From Lepidodermella squamata (lineage: Eukaryota > Animalia > Gastrotricha): a stretch of DNA of 64,000 bases. The notes below the pieces were generated by a model that worked only from the letters and a program-made list of their open reading frames with translations, was not told the DNA's origin and searched no databases. Shown here in pieces: positions 42,434 to 55,112 of this stretch. Made by a program: the position numbers and the translations under genes. The stretch spans positions 1,674,001 through 1,738,000 of the forward strand of contig JBLDXI010000042.1 in assembly GCA_047495785.1 (NCBI GenBank). Reading direction: 5' to 3'. Positions within the stretch are counted from its first letter, which is position 1. Each line of letters begins with the position of its first letter.

Positions 42434-44681
42434 TTTATTTTTCAAACTTCAATTACAAATAAATTGAATGAAAAAACAGACCTTATAAAACATGAATGGC
42501 GATGCTAGCGCTTTTTTACAGGCCGCTGCCTATCGTCGTGTTTGAGCACACTTTCTAAAATCACGCGTTGAAAATGTTTGAAAAACATTACGTAAAGCGG
42601 TCTGTTGTTCAATTTGTTATAAACTTGAAACTAGGGCGTTCAAAGGTTGCTTGAAGCTAATGCCAAAATTTGGCTCGAAAGTGTAACGGGTGAATTCTCA
42701 TCAATGGCGATCTATTTTTGTCCGCTGTTTTTCTACTACGCACAATGCACTTTTTGGCTCAGCAGCCAGGAGAAAATCGCGTATCCGTTGTTGATGACTG
42801 AAAAAAGCAGAGCATTGCAATAATGAGGTTATGAGGTTGAATCTCATTCATTTTTTTTTCTAAATTCCACTACTTTTATACTGAAAGTAGGATGAAGCGT
42901 TCGGCCCTATTGCATGATCCAGGGTGCCATGACGAAGGCGGAATCATAACAGATTATCTTTTAGTTTAAACATATTAGGCTATTGCGGATCCATAATTAA
43001 CTGTATCTGAACTAAAGTGGCAGCAATCGCTAGCAAAAGGCGTATTGTCGAAATATTCCTTTAGCTTTAGGTATGGACTTTTTCCGAAAAAAGAGGACTG
43101 GGCCCTGTGCATATCACGGCAAATCATGGCATTATCTGAGAAGTTTTTCCAATAATTAGAGAAAATTCAGAATAATTTCGGAAAATGGTTTTAGGCAAAT
43201 TTATTGAGATATTTATTTGATTTTTGTTTTATTTATTGGTGAAATTTCAGAACATTTGTCATTCGCGGTTTCAGTGACTGCTTTTGCTCCAATAGTACCC
43301 CAGGGCTGAGAACCCAATTCAAGTCGTTAGAAAACTGTAAACAGTAAAACGACTCCCAAATTATTAATTACCGAATTTTTCATAATTTTCGTAAGTTGAA
43401 ATTTTAGGGCTGCCGTAGGAAAATAGTATGTGGTATTTGAAAAATGCTTTTGAATCTCGGCGACTCGACGCAAGTCGCATAACAGCCAAAACCAGCCAAA
43501 GTTCCACAGTATCACAGGTCGAATTGTTTTGGCCAAAATGGCTCGGCAAACATTAGAAATAAGACGAATCTTCCAATTTGTAATCTCGCTGGAATCTGGA
43601 ATCTTTGCGATTTCTGAGTTCCGCTCCAACTGTTCGCTATGATATGATTGTTCTCTCATTCTTATCGCGTTTTGAATTTTAATACAATGGCAAATGAGCT
43701 GTCATAGCTTTTTGAAAATCCTCATGCGAAAGGCGAGGCTTGAAGTGCCGTCGCCAATTTATTATGACGATCACAAACAAGTTTTATTTTGAAATCGAGG
43801 CTTTTTTATATGTGATAAAAGTTGTACTGGCTTCCTACCGTTACACTTTCAAAATCACATTTTTCTGTGACTGAAATCACGTATTTGTAGCGCCAATCTG
43901 AGTGCGTATTATCTTCTGAATGAACGATTGTGACGCTATTGTGACCGGTTTATCTGTGGCACACGTTTGGCCTCACGTTTAAGGCGTTGAAAATAAGATT
44001 AAATGTGATTTTATCTACACTGTACCGTAATCCAGTACAACTTTGAACATTTCACGCAAATCAATTTTTCTCTTAAACCATGGGGATCTAACGCTTGGGA
44101 ATTTCACTGATTCTTTTAGATCTTGTTGACATTTTGCCAAATGTTTCATCAACACAGCCCCAACAGTCTCTGCCTTAAAAATTGCCGAAAACCCAACGTT
44201 TTTGGTCTACTTTGAAGTGTTGTCCTGCGATAACCGCAGCAGATATCCGCGCGCTCCAACTTGGCGAATTCAAGCTTATACTTTTCTGAAGAAGTAGCCA
44301 AAAAGGCTTGAATTCGAAGTACTTCTGTTCTCCATGGTTCTCTATGAAGCAAACCAGTGAGGTGAAAATCGCAAATTTCACGCAAAATTCTCTGCGCCCG
44401 AATAAAGGTGGATTTTTTATTTCACGAAATCTTGATGTTCAAAGTTCTACTCCGCTGTTCTGTGTGTGTTGTGTTGTACTTTAGGGGTACCCCTTGCCAA
44501 ATCCTTACGCTTGCGAATTTTCGAGAATAAAAAATATCAGGATATTACGGTGGGCGGCCCCAGTCGAACCACGTTGATAACCCGACCAAAATCGCACCTG
44601 TTGAATTTACACAGCACATTGAATTTTGCATGGACGCAGGTGCTCAAAGTTGTACCGGATTACGGTATTTGTTTAGATGCG

Positions 44682-47600
44682 ATGAAACCCTTGTTTTTTA
44701 TCACACTGTTGATCAGCTTCGCGGTAATTTCTCAAGGAATTGTAAGACATTTCACCCATTGATAGTACAACACTACTTATGTGTATCTTACTAGAGCCCG
44801 GAGCATGAAGAAGTTCTTTGGGAGTTGACTGATGCGATTCGTGCGAAACATGGTCTGCCCCCGGTAAATTATCGAAAAATAAATTGGATTCAAATATTTG
44901 ATCAATCTCGATTACCAGGCTGATCGTAGTGTGCCATTGAGTCTATGCGGTATCCCAGATCTGGATACAGCGAAAGCACTACTCAGGCGAGAACCGGCAA
45001 CCGACGATGACGAGCCGTTTGTTGCCGGAGTGAGGTCGACGGCTAACTTGTGGACTTTCCCTGTTCGATTCAAATTCGATCCAGATGCTTATAGTGAGTT
45101 GAGCAACTTTGCACTTTGCCAAGAGGGGTATCGTATCCCCAGTTCGGCAGGCCTAGGTGGAAAATGTCAAGAAGACCACAGGGGGGCCCTTTGGTCATAA
45201 AATATGGGCCTGAAAATACTCCTTAGTTAGAGGATCCTAATTCGCGCACTGGGAGACTGAAGGCTAAATTTTAGACTTTAAAGAAATTAATTCAATTTTT
45301 TCGGAATTTAAAATTTGAAAATTCGACGAATTTCATTCTCAATGGCCTTGATTATCAACTGCGACTTTCTTCTGAAATCTGAAATTATCAGAATTTTTTT
45401 CAAATTATTACTAGTTGTTACCTATAACGTCATATCGTTATTTCCTAGTATAATTGTCGAATCAAAATTAAGTGAATATTTTGTTTTTAGAGAATGAATC
45501 GATGGCAACCATCCGCTTGGGTATCAAACTATGGGAAGAACTCACATGTGCTCGGTTTGTCGAAGATCCTTCTCTGCCGGAGAACGAAACGGGCATCTAT
45601 ATCAGAAATGCGGGCGAGTGCGTCGATTTTTGTCTGATTTTAATTCGACACATTTCAAGCGCTTCAAATCTCTTAGTTGCTCGTCATTGATTGGTAGGTT
45701 TCCCGATGGACGGCAGGACCTTTCTCTCGGTCTTGGGTGCGTTGAGGTGAGTATCAGTCGAACCCTTAGATTCTACCACTCATCAATAACTTCCTGTGTA
45801 CTGCTGTCAACCTAGCCGGGAATTATAGCTCACGAAATCGGCCACGCTTTGGGACTTGTCAGTTTTTTTTATTGCGAATTGCTTCGATGAATCTTTGAAT
45901 TTCTTTAGAACCACGAGCATTCTAGAATCGATCGTGACGAATACGTTCGAGTTATTTACGAAAACATATACGAGTGAGTTTTTTGAAAGCATTATGTAGT
46001 AATTTGGTGAGAACATTTTTGTTTGCATTTAGGAGCTATGCTATCCAATATGAAAAGGACCTGGCAGACGAAAATTACAATATATCGTATGTTTATGATT
46101 CTGTCATGCATTACTCTTCGGGCGCGGCCGCCAAAACATTCGGGTTGCGAACCGTCGAGCCGAAAGATAAACGGTTCTTGTACAACTTGGGGCAGCGGCA
46201 GAACATCGCCTTTGGTGACGCAAAGCGAATCAACATCCGGTATCAATGCGGTAAGCAGATATTTGTTGAGACTGGCCTTTTCTAGTGTTAAAGTACAGCA
46301 AAACAGTTGAGTAGTTCTCTAAGGGCCTGAAATTGAAGGAATACCGTAACGAGGAGAATCTGTATACGAAAGGTTTTTCTCGAACAAGGAATATTAGCAT
46401 TTGCCCCAAATTTCCACCGGAAAAGGGCAAGGTGATTCTTGAATATATTCTAAAATTTCACCTGGCTGGCTAGGAAAAACCTAAAAAGCGGCAGAAATTA
46501 GGGCGGGGTGCTCTATAAAGTCCAAAATGACCCGATTTGACACGGAACGCCCTGTGGAAACCAATCGTTGATTTTTCACTTTCTTCTCGTATATTTTATT
46601 GCTAATTTCTTTTCTAAAAATGCGACATTTTTTCTCAGTGGAAAAATCATGCACGGGAAATCCGCCACCTCAACCATGTCAGAATGGAGGCTATCAGAAC
46701 CCGAATAATTGTGCAAAGTGCCTATGCCCAGATGGTCTTGGTGGCGATTTTTGTGAGACCTACGCTCCACACAAAGGCCAAGTGCCTTGCGGGGGTTACG
46801 TTGATGTAAACCCGTGCAACTACACTTCGATCACATCGCCTGGTTATCCGAACCCCTTTGCTAACAACACGGCCTGCAACTGGTGGATCAGAGCTGTAAT
46901 TATTTTTACGGCATCCATTTTTTTATTATTTTATTTACTCTTTTTCTCTCAGCCTGGTGCAACTGGATTGGTTTTCGCCTTCGAAAAGAAACCCGATATT
47001 CCAAAGCCAGAATTTAGTAAGGATCATGCAATTACTTGAACATTTTACATTCCTATGATGTTTCAGCTGAAGAGCTTTGCGACGATTTCGTTTCGATACG
47101 TGATTTTAGAAGTATTGATAAATCTGCAATGAGGTAGGAATATTTGTCAATTTAGATCGCAATGATAATACCTTTTCACAGGATTTGCTCTCCCGCCATT
47201 TCAAACGGTCGGATTTATTCAACTGACGACACTCAAGCAATGGTCGTATTTAGAGGCGACGGCGAGTCACTTAACGCCAAGGGCTTTAAATTGGTAATCT
47301 ACGCAACGTGCCCGGGTACAACGGCCAGCTCGCTTACCAAGGAATGTCGAATTACCGAGAGCGGTCGAGACTACGAAGGCGTGGGTGTTACTGCGTCTTT
47401 GACGGGTCAATCCTGCATGCCGTGGTCTAGCAAGGCGAACGTGAGCGATTTGCAGCTTCCAATGGGTGATGTCAACGCGTCGGCGAATGCTTGCCGTGCG
47501 TACTCGGGCGGTGATAGACCGTCATGCTACGTCGCCCCAACCGTTTATAGCTCATGCAGCCTGGTTCCTAAATGCCCCACAGGTAAGATTGTTCCTCTTG

Positions 47601-49079
47601 GGATTTGAGGGATGTACACATTAGGAAAGAATCCTCGAACTGGGAGGACCAAAGGTTCCCCTGTACGTGAATTTTGGATGTTGCCATTTCCGAGGTTCCC
47701 ATTCATACTTCATGTATTAAAAACTGTATTATTTTCAGAAACAAATTACACGGTACCTGTTCCACCTCCAGACACGAATTCGACGGTACCGGTTTCACCT
47801 GCGGACACAAATTCCACAGTTCCAAATTCACCCAATAACACTAATTCCAGTGTACCAAATCCACCTACGGAAACGAATTCCACGGTGCCAATCTCAAACC
47901 TATCATACCAAAGGTGTTTCCTGAAGAGCACGGACGACTTCTCTAAATGCCGCATGGCGATCTCATCTTCCCAAGTCTGTCGGGAGTTTGAGTACTTGGT
48001 AAGGCTATTCATTCATAACCTACGTTGCTGTTGTAATGGAGGTTTGTCCGATTTCAGGGTGGAAACTTCTCAAGCTTTGATTCTTGTCAGATGGGTGTAA
48101 GTTTAAATGTTAAAACCTCAACAACTATGATAGGTTTTTTGTGTTTCAAACAGCCTGTGAGCTACTGCTTTTCAAACGCAACTGCAGATTTCAATTGTCG
48201 CCTCGGTGATTGCGAAATCGACGAAACAAGAGTAAGATCAAAATTGAATAAAAAAAATCAGACGGCGAAAATGATATGTTATTTCAGATTAAAATCTTCT
48301 CCAGATCTCGATTTTTCGCCGGCGAAAATTTAATGGACTGCCGCAACTTGGCTTCACCGGTACTTTGGAATAAATTTAATTTCCAAATGAGGGAACTTTT
48401 TGTAATCTCCAGATGGAACACCTTCGTTGCTGCAACCCTAATTCTGAGAAAATTGCTTGCCGACCTTTTGCTGGCTGTGTGCCTGGAGAGGTTAATTGAA
48501 TTATTTGCTGCCCTATTCTTAGTATTATTTTTTAGGATCAACTCGGCGGGTACTACGATCGGGCTAGTTGTTTGAACGGTAAGAATTATACTACCTTATC
48601 TGCCCAGGACTGAATAGAATCATCATTTTTAGATACTATGGCTGATGATCCTGTCGTTCGCTGCTACAAAAAGTTGGGTGGAAGGTTCGAAACGTGCCGA
48701 CCTGTTTGTCAAAGTGACGAATTCCAGGTGAAAAAATGTGCCATATATAATTTTCTATAATTACTAATGGCTGATAATGATTTCAGAATGGCCCGGCGTA
48801 TGTCTTCAAAAACCTGGCGGTTTGCCTGAAAGGAGTTTCGTTTATCAAGCTTATGTTTCGATGATTTAAATTATTTATGATTTTTCAGGGCGCCAGGCTG
48901 TGTAAGCGTCGAAACCAGAATTACTGCGTTGGTTCGAACAGATCCTGCAAGAAACAGGTAAATTGTGGTCATTTTCCCGTAATTTAACAATGCTGATCGT
49001 TTGATAATAGATCAAGATTTTCGGATCGGCGGAGCTTTTTGCCGACAATCTCGCAGCATGCAAAGCAGCCAACATTTGA
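44682..49079 (+). CDS. Multi-exon astacin metalloprotease 2 (paralogue of 29925-34672)
   Basis: HEIGHALGL (45831), SVMHY, EGF, CUB, kringle-like, NST-repeat linker and the same terminal exons (..FADNLAACKAANI*). Confidence 0.88.
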
Positions 49080-52000
49080 AATCAACTTGGTGAATTGCTT
49101 GAACCCAAGGAATTGGAGATAAACCGATCATAATCCCAATTCCTAACTCTACCGAATAGTGAAGATTATTTATTTTCGAACTGCCATTTATTGGATTTCT
49201 TTTCATTTTCCTAATGTATTTTGCTTTGTGGAGTGACTTATAAAAAATAAATTGCATGCACTTCAAAAACATAAAAATCTAACGAGTCTCGTGATTGGTT
49301 GGACAGAGATCCTGGGTTTTTGCAGCCCTAAAACGTTCATTTTTCAGTTTCATTATCATTTTTTCACCACCTGTCAGCCGTTCCCTATTTCATCATTTTT
49401 CGTAATTCATGTTTCATATGGCGCTTTTTGTCGGTGAATCAGCAGGGATCGTACAAGAAAGGAAGCCGCCGCAGAACGCAGAACCCATGATACTGGTTGA
49501 GCGCTGTCAGATTTCATAATCCTAGAGTAAATAAAAAAGAATCAAGTCCAAAGCCTTGGTTAAATGACGGTTTTAAAGCTTCGTAGGTTTGTTTCTAAAT
49601 TTGTCTATAATGGAAGTCATGTCCAAGGTTAGGATTGTCGCTGAAGGCTCCCGAATTTCCTGAGGTCTAGTCAAGCCGACGTTTTACAATAGATCGTAGT
49701 TGGGTCTAAAGTCTCGAAGGCAAATATCTGTCCAAAATGGCTTTTTTCATTACCTATTGTCCGTCTAATAGGCTGGATCGATGATCATCGATCCTGCGTA
49801 GGTACTAAAATTATCACGCGTTCTACTAAAATATACTATACGTAGGGTCGATTTCAAACGACACAGTGTCAAATTTAGATCCACAGTCTAGTTTTTCACG
49901 CGACACTTTGTCAACTTTAATTTAGATTTTGACCCTTTTTCATTCGATGGATGGATGAGGAAAGGAGGGGGATCATCATCAAAATGTGAATTTATCCCAC
50001 TGTTTCGTTCATTTAAGAGGTTTTGGAGCGTGTTTTAGTGGAAAATTTTCGAATTCTCCCGCTCCACTCGCGTTTCCATCCCTGGCAGCGCCGGGATCTA
50101 AGACCGCGCCCTGATCGTCAAAGATGTTAACTAACATCAATGATGATCAATTACTGAAATCAGTAAAATTAACCTCGGATTCGACTTCGCACAATGACTG
50201 TGATTATTTTTTATTTTATTATCAAATGCGCAAAATTTTGCTGTGAACTTGAAATCATGCCCTATTTACTCAAAGTTATCAAACAATCTGAACGGTTGGC
50301 GATTCTTCAGGTGACAAAACTTCGAAGGACAGGAAATGAAAGAATCCTAGCAATTTTTCGCATTCCGCAGCCTTTATGTTGCGACTTATATTGAAGTATT
50401 CATTTATTTATTTATTTCTATGCTTTTAATGCTTAGATATTCTCAACTGCCAAGTTGGAGCATATCTCATAGCATTGGCCACAAGCTGGATGCATAAGCT
50501 GGGCTCACAGAAACACGAAAACTAACGACTAAACACAACTTTTTTCGTGTGGATAGGTTTGAGCGATTGTAGCGATTGTTACTCCACCAAAACGGGTTTT
50601 CAGGTTTTCGCGTCTATCGTTTTCTCACCTGGATCTCTCCCGATTCCCCTTTCATTTCGCACACTGACTGTTGCTTTTCCCAAGCCTTATTTTCGCCTCT
50701 CAGCGAGCGATCCGCGGTCAAAGCGACAAGGAAGTCCTTTAGTACGCTGATAACGTACTTTTTCGTCTTTAAGACATGAAAAATCGTGATTTTTCATCAG
50801 GAGTGAAATTTCATCCTCGCCTACAAATATAATTCTGCTGTTTATACTGGACACGTTTAGCAACGCCCATCCGCTAAGAAAGCGACGCCCGCAGATATGT
50901 GCTGCAAGCCAAAAAATTCTCAGACACTGGGTGTATTCTTAGCTAGGTGTTTACGCATCTGAGTCCTGGCATTGCTTAGCACTAGCACTAGCAGCATAGT
51001 ACCTAGTAGTAGTTGATGTTTATAGCAGTGGGGGAGCAAAATAATCGATGCTTCGTTGCGGGCGCTTACAACTTCATTGCTGTATGCACATCTCACTTTT
51101 TCATCATGGTATTTACCCCAGAAATGTTGGACATCGTGCTATTATTTTCGAGCTTAACTCATCATATAACAGAGGCTTAATAGCATTCAATTAAGAGTTG
51201 TAGAAAATAAATTTAGGCCAAAAATGGCAGCGTTTTTTCGACTCAAACCCCGCAGCTTCATCTTTGCGAGTCCTTCTTAAAATTTCTACTTTAATTAACA
51301 AATCAAATTAATTAGAACATCATAACTGTGACATGTCACCCTTGAGCTAGAGAGTTCCCTTTAATAATTATATTTGAGATTTGAGAGAAGATTAGTTTCT
51401 TGGAAAATTCATATTAAATATTCTAGCTTTAGCCCTTCCGTAGCTTGGGCTACATTGTCAGTCCGTTATGCACTAATTTATTGTTTCTGGGTCAACCGGA
51501 CATGTTTGAATTTTTTTTATTTTTATAGATTTATTACCAAATCTAGAAATTATATTCTATGAAGAAAGCTCCACTGAGGCCAACGGCGGTTTATCCTTCA
51601 AATTTTGCGAAATCAGCATGCGGTGTCTCGTCAAACATTGTCAATCATCACGTCAATATCGGCATAGCTTTGCGAACATTTTTTTCATGCTACAAAAATC
51701 ACCTCGCCGATCTGATGAAACAAGCTGAGACGAGGGAAAAAGAGGAATCGGTAAATTATTTTGTTTTATTTTTCCTGAATTTCTTTGAATTTTTTGGTTT
51801 TTTTACAGGCAGCAAACATCGGGAACAGCCTGTTCTCCGCCTTTCATCGACCTGAGGGCAAGGCAGAGGAACTGAGACGATTTAGATCGCGACTACGACC
51901 GGCTGCTGGCGTGCGATTTGTATAGCTAAAGCCGTTTAATACATGCGTCATCTCACTTATATCATATCGTCATTCTACTGTGTAACCTGCTTCTCTTTCA

Positions 52001-52496
52001 CTGCAGAGCCTGCGAGCAACAAAATGAAAATAAATTTCTATATAACATTGGTGAAATTATTATTATTATTTCGGCCAAATCAGAGAATGGTCTTTTTCCA
52101 GGTCATCCCTATTGGGCGCACGCCCTACTTTTGCGGGTTGTTTTATTGGGGCAAGAGTGCCGCTGCACAATCGATATATTATATTGATTGCGATATATAT
52201 GGTTTCACAGACGGTCCGGTGCGTAAACATCAGCGCGAATATCTAGGACGTGACGATGAGTAGTACGGATGCCTTCACGTCCATTCGGCACCAGGTCATT
52301 CGCTCAGTATTCAATTTCAATGAGTCATATAAAGCAATACGTAGCCTCAATTCTGGATTCTGGCACATGAAACGTTTTCTGAGTAAGACCTCCGCGAATT
52401 TGGTAGCATTCAGTAATAATCCCAACCTTGGACACGGCTTGAACTACAAATTTCAAAAACCGGCATTCGACTGAAAGAAAATGAAAATAAAACTAA

Positions 52497-53611
52497 GAGG
52501 GCTGTGATCGTACATAAATAAAATTTATAACAACATTATAACGACGTTATAGTGCGACACAGAAAAAAAATCTATCGTACACTTTTTATTGATGGTGCTA
52601 TATTATTGCTTATTCTGCTGCTTCAATTGCATCCTTTACTACAGTCATTATCACTAGCTTCAGCATATCGTTTTCGATTAACCATGAGACGTAGCTAGGA
52701 CGCCGCAGCTGGCTTGTTTACGAGAAAAAAGTGTTGGCAGATAATGAGGGTCAAAGGTCACTTTTTCTAGTAAATAACCCAGCTTTTAATGTATTCATCC
52801 GTATTCATCGCCAACATTTTGATTACATTGCAGGGTCCAAGCCCCGGCGTCCTAACTACGTCTCATGCGATTAACGGGTCAATCGAATCACGAGTTTCAA
52901 GATGAATGATAGATAGCGTGTTATTATCTAATTTTATCGCACACCTGCTACCTTTTAACTGGTATCAAACAGCTTTTTCAGTACAATAAGAAGCTGGCAT
53001 AACCGCTGAGAAATATTGTTCTCCTTTGAAAATTCCACAATCATTCGATGACTTGAAATGACTTGAAATCTAGCTATTGCATCTTTGGAAATGGCAGCTT
53101 TTACGAGGCATTTCAATATTATGCCAAATAAGGGGTGAGACGGTAAATTTGTCAACTTGGGGAAGACTAGTTTGTGATCAAAATCACAGAAGAAAGGCAT
53201 CAGAATACAGGTAGTTTGTGGCACTAAAAATGCGGCTATTGGCGAATTGAAAATTGAGTTAGCTTTTGGTAGTTTTTTTATCACGATTATTTTTTTGAGA
53301 AAAATGGTAGAAACTAGCTTTTCAGTTTCAGCAAAAGAATTGGAACATCGTCTTGTGGCCATTGGTTATGCAGACCGCGAGGGCAGGGTTTCACCTGTGC
53401 GCGCAATGTCAAAATTTATGAATGAAGGAAATGACCTAAATGACGTGAATAACGTGAATAACGTAAGAGAATATTAGAACTACGCAAACAGCAGCAAAAA
53501 ATCACAGTATTTTTTTGCTGCAAATAAAACTTAGCGCGAGCGATTTATATTAGCGTTATAAGCAAAAAATAAATTTATAAAAAATTTATTACTCTTTCGA
53601 TCACAGCCCTC
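52497..53611. mobile_element. PIF/Harbinger-type MITE
   Basis: TAA|GAGGGCTGTGATCG ... CGATCACAGCCCTC|TAA (3-bp TSD). Confidence 0.75.
52683..52867. mobile_element. 185-bp P/hAT-type MITE nested in the Harbinger MITE
   Basis: 23-bp TIR CATGAGACGTAG(C/T)TAGGACGCCG with 8-bp TSD CGATTAAC. Confidence 0.85.
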
Positions 53612-55112
53612 TAAAACCCATGCCTGTTCCTTTTTTACAGTGGATAAGCCGATTTTCCTCGCAATTTTTATGGCTTGACAAGTCATTACCTAAATCCTAA
53701 ATTGTAACTTCAATAGATCCTAGATCCTGTCCAAAAAATGGCTAATTTTATGACGTATTGCCGATCCAATAGACTGGAACTATGGTCGTCGATCATGCCT
53801 AGTTTGCATACGATCCAAGTGAGGTCGAACTTATACACAACATTTTGTTACGATTATCTTTACAGCATGGATAAGTGCGCTTAGGATCCTCGTCAGTATT
53901 TCGGAGGGCAAATCTTATGATCAAAGGGGCTTTTTAGGGTTTTTTGAGTTTTACAACTTCGCCTTCCGAACTAGGGGTACGAATCCTCCATTCCTCATAA
54001 CATCGCGCAATGTCGCTAAATCAGTTAGCGACATGAAAACAGCTGAATGAGAGGCTTTCAGAAACGCACGCTGCTATTTAAATAACCTGGGGTCTGAGAC
54101 AATGACTGAGAGATAGAGATCATCCTGAAATCAACAACAACTTGCATCCAGTTGCAAGCTAGGTACTATTTCCACTTCCTTTTGGCCTATTTTAACTTTT
54201 TCTCCGACTTATTATCAGCTCTCCCTATCAGCATTTCTCCGCCAAGTCTTATCTCGAACCTCTTATATAAAGTAGTGAAAACGCCTCGAGGTTGGGAAAA
54301 AGTTGAAAATATGCTTCGAATTGCTGTAGCGATTTTCTTTCTTTCTGCTGGGTCCGATGCGATCGGTTATCACTACTCAAAACCTCGTCTCAGTCCAGAC
54401 GGCGAGGCTAGACAGCTCGAAGATATCGACCCAGGCGAGCCGCTATTCCTAACACCATACATCAAATCAAACCAAAGCATGTACGCCCAAAAGCTGGCAG
54501 CAGTCGTGCCATTGGCTCCATTCGCCCCTCGAAGCTACTCAGGCTTCATCACCGTGGACAACGCGACCAATTCGAACCTTTTCTTCTGGGTTGTTCGGTC
54601 GTCCCACAACGACGGCTGGACCCCGTTGATTCTCTGGCTGCCAGACGGCCCTGGAACCTCAGGAATGTTCAGTTTCCTCAACGAACATGGCCCGTTACAA
54701 ATTGATGAAAACCTGAAACCTTCCAAGCGATTGGACTCTTGGACAGATCGTTACAGCGTGCTTTACGTTGACAGCCCAGTTGGGAGCGGGTTTTCCTTCA
54801 CAGATTCGAAGGACGGGTATCGGCTGAATGATACAGCTGTGGTGGACCATCTTTACGAATTTCTACTTCAAATCTACACGCTTCTAAAGCCGATGCGAGA
54901 TTTCCCATTCTACATAGCTGGTGAAGGTTATGCTGGTAAATACGCGTCTCTTCTTGCCAAGAAAATGTTTGAAATGGATAGTCTGAACAGTGGCCTTCTG
55001 CCTAAATTGCAAGGAATCATACTAGGAAACTCGTTTATAGACCCAGCTCCAATATTGAAAAGCTACCCTGATTTTCTATCAAGCCAGGGATTGCTGACCC
55101 AAGGACAGAAAT

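Noticed and set aside
42677-43850. 13-bp inverted pair GAAAGTGTAACGG / CCGTTACACTTTC as a MITE
   Set aside because: No TSD; the motif also occurs singly (18026) and as TTACACTTTGAT x3 near 63439-63500, so boundaries are unsupported.
51525-52474. Exon-like segments with splice signals
   Set aside because: No consistent reading frame or recognisable domain could be assembled.
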